DNA from: an uncultured virus (IMG/VR IMGVR_UViG_3300044630_006741)
Lineage: Duplodnaviria > Heunggongvirae > Uroviricota > Caudoviricetes
Virus record (IMG/VR): IMGVR_UViG_3300044630_006741
Direction: 5' to 3' (one strand)
DNA: 20,000 nucleotides
The notes beneath the pieces were generated by a model. The model worked only from the letters and a program-made list of their open reading frames with translations. It had not been told where the DNA came from and ran no database searches. Shown piece by piece: positions 15,676-20,000 of this stretch (position 1 is the first letter of the stretch; the number at the start of each line of letters is the position of its first letter). A program made the position numbers and the translations under genes.

Positions 15676-16569
15676 TTGGCACAATCCGGAAGAAAAAGAA
15701 TCCTAAGAGCTACCCAAGCTACAACCCCTCAATCTCAGACCAAGAAAATTGATCAGAATAAAAAGAAGGCTGGGCTGGGTAATATACCTAGCACATATTT
15801 TGAGCCGGGATTAAGTGGGGGTATACCAGGTGTAGGATTACTGAAACCTAGACCAGTTTCCACACAAAACTATCAGCCGGTTACGAATAATCAAAATAGA
15901 CCAGTATATAGTACAAATACAATAGCTAAGTACAGTTACTTCTTTGTAGAATATGACAACATATACACCCCTCTAAGAGATGGCGTTTTGTATACTTTTG
16001 TTGTTATTATAACCCTTTCCCCGCAGACCGATAATAATGTGGCTATCATGTTAGGAAAGATTAAAAAGAGGATAACCCCTTTAACGGCAGATACTTACAA
16101 AAATGGATCGTTTAATCATCCGACATACGTAAATCAAAATGGAGATCCTTTATCGTTTAGATACGCGGAAATTCCTTTAGTGGTTCAAAAAACACCTGGA
16201 AGATTGGATAATGTTCCTATAGGATATCCTAACTTCGATTCAACACCAAGCCCAATTAGTACATCTCAAGGGCCATTTCCGTCTGCCCCTATTGTTAATT
16301 TCACAACAGCAACAGGTGCAACCTCAGGTGTTACTATTTCTGCAGGCGGTACGGTTTATTTTATCGATGCCTCTGTTCAAAGTCCTTCCGCATATAGACC
16401 ACTTGGCTGGACCTGGAATTTTGGTGCAACAGCATCACCCACCGGGTCCACAGACAGAAAACAGATAGTTACATACGGGGCTACTGGAGTATATAGCGTT
16501 ACCCTTACTGCTTATAATGCAGGGGGAACCGGATCAAAAACAAAATCTACATTTGTAACTGTAACTTAA
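15676..16569 (+). CDS. Virion protein with C-terminal PKD (Ig-like) domain
   Basis: C-terminal PIVNFT...TVYFIDAS...WTWNFG...VTYGATGVYSVTLTAYNAGGTGSKTKSTFVTV is a PKD pattern. The N-terminus is basic and low-complexity. TTG start. Confidence 0.8.
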   Translation: MAQSGRKRILRATQATTPQSQTKKIDQNKKKAGLGNIPSTYFEPGLSGGIPGVGLLKPRPVSTQNYQPVTNNQNRPVYSTNTIAKYSYFFVEYDNIYTPLRDGVLYTFVVIITLSPQTDNNVAIMLGKIKKRITPLTADTYKNGSFNHPTYVNQNGDPLSFRYAEIPLVVQKTPGRLDNVPIGYPNFDSTPSPISTSQGPFPSAPIVNFTTATGATSGVTISAGGTVYFIDASVQSPSAYRPLGWTWNFGATASPTGSTDRKQIVTYGATGVYSVTLTAYNAGGTGSKTKSTFVTVT

Positions 16570-16570
16570 T

Positions 16571-17320
16571 ATGAGCGGATTTTTAGAAAAATACAACACC
16601 GACGAGGTATTCTTAAGAAACCTTATCATATCTTTTATTAGATCGCTGAATGATAAACTAACCTATATACAGGTAAACGATCAGCAGCAAACACTAGAGG
16701 TTTTTGTTCCCTTTTTTTATTCGATGACTGGAGACGAGAGCTTTTTGCAAGACTTCTTTATAGAATATAAAAACTGTCTTACTGACGAACCCCATGCTGA
16801 GGGTAACTATGACGTAGTCCCAAGAGGAATAGTTAAAATGACAGCTAGTAACATAGATGTAGCTGGTATAATGAACCCCAATGTTAGAATGTCATACACG
16901 ATGGAGGATCTAGACGGTAACATGAAAACATTCTCTGCTTATACTAAGCCGGTTCCTCTTACTGTTTCTTTTGACGTTAGTATAATAACAGATACTATGT
17001 TAGATGCTTTTAAAATCTACCAGTCTGTAATAACTACTTTCTATAAAACATATACTTTTGCTTTTGAGTTCCAGGGATTGAGAATACCCGCTATTGCTGG
17101 ATTTCCAGAACAGATAACGAACGACAAGCAGTTTGAATTTACGTACGGTAGTTCTCAGAAGTTTATAACAAGCCAATTTTCAGTTGAGATTCAGACTTAC
17201 TTCCCAGAAAAAGACCTAACCACGGAAAGGTTCAGGGGTAATTTGATGCAAGCTGGAATCAGAGCAGTCCAAAAATTGGACGAAAGAAATGTTAATAGAG
17301 GAAATAATAGAATAGTCTAA
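16571..17320 (+). CDS. gp15: Tail completion / sheath stabilizer (tail terminator) protein, T4 gp15-like
   Basis: VPFFY, VVPRG and PVPLTVSFDVSII...DAFKIYQSVITTFY resemble gp15-family motifs (VP..Y, LPR, PVPY...F.L.I...D..QI.EQI...F). Size of ~250 aa fits. Confidence 0.65.
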   Translation: MSGFLEKYNTDEVFLRNLIISFIRSLNDKLTYIQVNDQQQTLEVFVPFFYSMTGDESFLQDFFIEYKNCLTDEPHAEGNYDVVPRGIVKMTASNIDVAGIMNPNVRMSYTMEDLDGNMKTFSAYTKPVPLTVSFDVSIITDTMLDAFKIYQSVITTFYKTYTFAFEFQGLRIPAIAGFPEQITNDKQFEFTYGSSQKFITSQFSVEIQTYFPEKDLTTERFRGNLMQAGIRAVQKLDERNVNRGNNRIV

Positions 17321-17340
17321 TGTTCTATATTATCAACGCG

Positions 17341-17348
17341 GATATATA
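17341..17348 (+). promoter_or_regulatory. Putative phage late promoter GATATATA
   Basis: Intergenic, 24 nt before the ATG at 17373. Confidence 0.65.
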
Positions 17349-17372
17349 GATCAGATAAAATATTCGTGCCTC

Positions 17373-17666
17373 ATGAACAACTCACAGCTCCCATTTAATC
17401 CAGAAGAATTTGCAAATAGGATAATCGACGGTAGCAATAGTGAAACCCTCGATCAGCTTTATTTTGTGGGCAGTGCTAAATCATACATTAAAAAAGTTGA
17501 CACAGGAAACTCATTAACCGTGAAAGCTTCTGGTAATTTCTTTAGTAATGTTGCGGGACAGGAATTCAGGGACATATTAGACGGTGGAACGTCCACCCCA
17601 GGATCATATCAGTATTATGGTGTGATTGTAGGTGGTGTTTTCCCAACGGAAAAAAATGGAATATAA
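17373..17666 (+). CDS. Small hypothetical virion-associated protein
   Basis: 97 aa behind a GATATATA motif. IIDGS / ILDGG / IVGG motifs are of the kind seen in phage fibre-associated proteins. Confidence 0.6.
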   Translation: MNNSQLPFNPEEFANRIIDGSNSETLDQLYFVGSAKSYIKKVDTGNSLTVKASGNFFSNVAGQEFRDILDGGTSTPGSYQYYGVIVGGVFPTEKNGI

Positions 17667-17683
17667 AAATAGAAATATAAAAA

Positions 17684-18778
17684 ATGGCATTTAGAATTCA
17701 GATTAGAAGAGACACCTCTGTTAGGTGGGCAGTTAACAACCCAGTACTACTTTCAGCAGAGTTAGGTTATGAAACTGACACTGATCTCCTTAAGATTGGA
17801 GATGGCACTACCCTATGGAATGACCTTGATTACTGGAACGGTAATCTAACTATAGAAGTAAACGGCACGCAGGTTATACAAGGGGCTGGTACCCTTAACT
17901 TTACTGGTGGTGTTTCTGCTAGTGCCACAGGAGGAAGCGTAACACTCGACTTCTCTGGAGTTGGCGGGTTAACAGGACCAACAGGGCCTAGTGCTAATAT
18001 TGGAGTTTTCGATGCTACTACATTTGTAGCAGGTGCAACAGGCATACAGTTCACTGGCGGTGGGGTTAGCGTATCTTCATCTGGAAATGTTGCTGTTGTT
18101 TCGGTAAGTGCTTTACAAAACTCACTTTATAACGAGACTGTAAGGTATCTAATCGATAACACAACAGCTCAGTATTCAGGATCACCTATCATAGGAACAA
18201 ATGATAAGATTACTATATGCTCTAGCGGTAACATTTATGCTAATAGATCCTGGACTAGATCTGGAACTACACTGACAGTAAACTCTACTTCTCATGGATT
18301 GTTAGCAGGTGATGGTGTTGTAATTAGAAATGGTGCTTCTACAGATAGCTACAATTTCTATATAGTCCAAACCGCAAGCGCTAATTCTTTTACTGTGACT
18401 GTTGCTAACTCCGGTGGTGCATCAGGAAGCGGATTGACATACATACCTAGCTTTTCTGTTACCTCCTGGTCGTCTGGAACATCTATGACCCTAAGCGCAC
18501 CAACAGTTGGTAATGCCCAACTTCTTTCGGCTACTGTCTGTACTGTTATGAGCACTTCCTCTTTCTATGTTACAATAGACGGTGAGGGAATAAGCAATGG
18601 TGCTGGTGTTAATGCCTCGGTTAGAACAATGAATCCACCTGTTGTTTCTGCACAAACTACCTCTAACGGTAATGATCTAGCAGCATCGTGTACTCTGGAT
18701 GTAAATTCTCCGTATCAAACCTTTGTGTTGCAAAGTTTAACTGCAGCTGTTGAAAATCTAGTAAAAATGGTATTCTAA
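17684..18778 (+). CDS. Fibre/spike-like virion protein with Mtd_N (major tropism determinant / hyaluronidase N-terminal-like) domain
   Basis: N-terminus RIQIRRDT...W...NPVLLSAELGYETDTDLLKIGDGTTLWNDL is the Mtd_N pattern. Two GAxxxxFTGG repeats and an HGLLAGDGVVI beta-barrel module follow. Gly/Ser/Thr-rich. Confidence 0.8.
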   Translation: MAFRIQIRRDTSVRWAVNNPVLLSAELGYETDTDLLKIGDGTTLWNDLDYWNGNLTIEVNGTQVIQGAGTLNFTGGVSASATGGSVTLDFSGVGGLTGPTGPSANIGVFDATTFVAGATGIQFTGGGVSVSSSGNVAVVSVSALQNSLYNETVRYLIDNTTAQYSGSPIIGTNDKITICSSGNIYANRSWTRSGTTLTVNSTSHGLLAGDGVVIRNGASTDSYNFYIVQTASANSFTVTVANSGGASGSGLTYIPSFSVTSWSSGTSMTLSAPTVGNAQLLSATVCTVMSTSSFYVTIDGEGISNGAGVNASVRTMNPPVVSAQTTSNGNDLAASCTLDVNSPYQTFVLQSLTAAVENLVKMVF

Positions 18779-18784
18779 AAATTA

Positions 18785-20000
18785 ATGCTTACGGATAACC
18801 TGTTTAGTGGAATTGTAGATTTTACCGACGGTAGCTTAAGCAGCTTAGTTGGTATCACAGGTAGTGCGACATACGGGTCCAGTGTGATAACTGGAGTTGA
18901 TAGCACGATCATACCTGGATTAACTGCTGGCCTTTCGGTTAGAGCACTACCAGAAGGAATTCTCAATCCCTCTACAACGATAGTTTCTTTGGGCTCTAAC
19001 ACGGTAGAGTTTTCTAACCCGGTAGGTTACACCGGATCCGCTAATTTTTATATAGAACTAAGCAGCGGCAATTATCTTTTAAACAACGCTTTATTTGTTG
19101 ACGTTAACAACATCTATAATGTTGGTGATATACCAGACTATCAAATAGGAGCCACTGGAGGATTGGTAATTTCTCCTTTTGCGATCTATACTCAGGGAAG
19201 ATATAACGATCAGAAGAATCTTAAAGCCATATATGAAAAGTACATAATAACAAAAGTACTTTCAAGGAACACAGTAACAAATAGATTTAGCGCTATAGTT
19301 ACTTGGGGTTTTTCAGGATCTGCACCGACGAGTGTTAATACTGGACAGACAGTTCTACCTATAACTCAGCTATCCCCGAATAATTTATTGCCTCCCATAA
19401 TAGACTATAGAGCATTTTCTTATAAGAATCTTCCGGAAGGACAGCCATTTAATCAGGAGATATTAAAGGTCTTAGATTCTGGAGGAAGCGGAGGAAGCGG
19501 AGGAAGCGGAACTTCAGGAACAAGTGGTAGTTCAGGATCTTCAGGAACTTCAGGAACAAGTGGTAGTTCAGGCACTAGCGGCACAGACGGTTCATCGGGA
19601 ACTAGCGGTACAGATGGTTCAAGTGGAACTTCAGGAACTAGCGGTACGGATGGTTCATCAGGAACTTCAGGAACATCAGGATCCAGTGGTTCTTCAGGTG
19701 AATCGGGTTCAAGTGGTTCATCAGGTGAATCGGGAACTTCAGGATCCAGTGGTTCATCAGGTGAATCAGGTTCAAGTGGTTCTTCAGGTGAATCAGGAAC
19801 TTCAGGAACTTCAGGATCGAGTGGAACATCGGGATCCAGTGGAACATCAGGTGAATCGGGATCCAGTGGAACATCAGGTGAATCAGGAACTTCAGGAACT
19901 TCAGGATCGAGTGGAACATCGGGATCCAGTGGAACATCAGGTGAATCGGGATCCAGTGGAACATCAGGTGAATCAGGAACTTCAGGAACTTCAGGATCGA
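18785..20000 (+). CDS. Large virion fibre-like protein with long Gly-X-Ser repeat, 3'-partial (absent from supplied ORF track)
   Basis: ATG at 18785, 6 nt after the previous stop. Manual translation is open to the window end: MLTDNLFSGIVDF...EILKVLDS, then GGSGGSGGSGTSGTSGSS... from nt 19481. Confidence 0.9.
   Translation, partial: MLTDNLFSGIVDFTDGSLSSLVGITGSATYGSSVITGVDSTIIPGLTAGLSVRALPEGILNPSTTIVSLGSNTVEFSNPVGYTGSANFYIELSSGNYLLNNALFVDVNNIYNVGDIPDYQIGATGGLVISPFAIYTQGRYNDQKNLKAIYEKYIITKVLSRNTVTNRFSAIVTWGFSGSAPTSVNTGQTVLPITQLSPNNLLPPIIDYRAFSYKNLPEGQPFNQEILKVLDSGGSGGSGGSGTSGTSGSSGSSGTSGTSGSSGTSGTDGSSGTSGTDGSSGTSGTSGTDGSSGTSGTSGSSGSSGESGSSGSSGESGTSGSSGSSGESGSSGSSGESGTSGTSGSSGTSGSSGTSGESGSSGTSGESGTSGTSGSSGTSGSSGTSGESGSSGTSGESGTSGTSGS
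19481..20000 (+). repeat. Coding 9-bp-period repeat (Gly-X-Ser/Asp)n, at least 57 units, ending in a perfect 90-bp higher-order tandem repeat
   Basis: Every third codon is GGN from 19481. Identical 90-bp units start at 19787, 19877 and 19967 (the last is truncated by the window end). Confidence 0.95.

Noticed and set aside
17684..18778. Diversity-generating retroelement target suggested by the Mtd_N domain
   Set aside because: Only the N-terminal structural domain resembles Mtd. No C-type lectin variable region, template repeat or reverse transcriptase is visible in the window.
2625..19964. All minus-strand ORFs in the track, including the repetitive MFHWIP... ORF at 19638-19964
   Set aside because: They are short and lie antisense to well-supported + strand genes with no recognisable motifs. 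The repetitive one is the shadow of the Gly-X-Ser repeat.
19481..20000. CRISPR array or non-coding repeat
   Set aside because: There are no unique spacers. The 9-bp period is in frame with an open ORF and varies at synonymous positions.
1..20000. Stop-codon reassignment as in some jumbo phages
   Set aside because: Conserved genes are full length in the standard code. TAG ends gmd and the 100-aa ORF, and TGA ends the Fe-ADH and gp47 genes at expected positions.
1..20000. Apparent abundance of GATC and CTAG palindromes (lack of restriction-site avoidance)
   Set aside because: This is only a visual impression. It needs observed/expected tetranucleotide counts that I cannot compute, and codon usage may explain it.

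Overview
This is a fragment of a large T4-related (jumbo-like) myophage genome. It is AT-rich, uses the standard genetic code, and all credible genes are on the + strand. There are four blocks. (1) 1-3855: tail end of a glycan-biosynthesis cluster, with an Fe-ADH resembling phosphonoacetaldehyde reductase, an ABO-like GT6, a GT7/GT2-like and a GT2 glycosyltransferase, and gmd. (2) 3911-9369: three tandem, apparently paralogous orphan proteins with N-termini resembling the T4 capsid-targeting sequence, candidate prohead-protease sites and a peptidoglycan-binding-like domain. (3) 9600-15629: recombination/replication core (UvsX, small winged-helix-like protein, gp41 helicase, a gp33-like protein, gp47/gp46). 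(4) 15676-20000: virion genes (PKD protein, gp15-like tail terminator, Mtd_N-type fibre protein, and an open-ended ORF missing from the ORF track with at least 57 proline-free Gly-X-Ser/Asp triplets). An (G/A)ATATATA motif sits 22-24 nt upstream of four genes in blocks 2 and 4 and is a candidate late promoter. The most interesting hypotheses are a phage-encoded virion glycosylation system (blood-group-A-like GT6 plus Ser/Thr-rich fibres with a recurring G-x-T-G motif) and a protease-processed internal-head protein family. All family assignments come from motif recognition by eye; no database searches were run.
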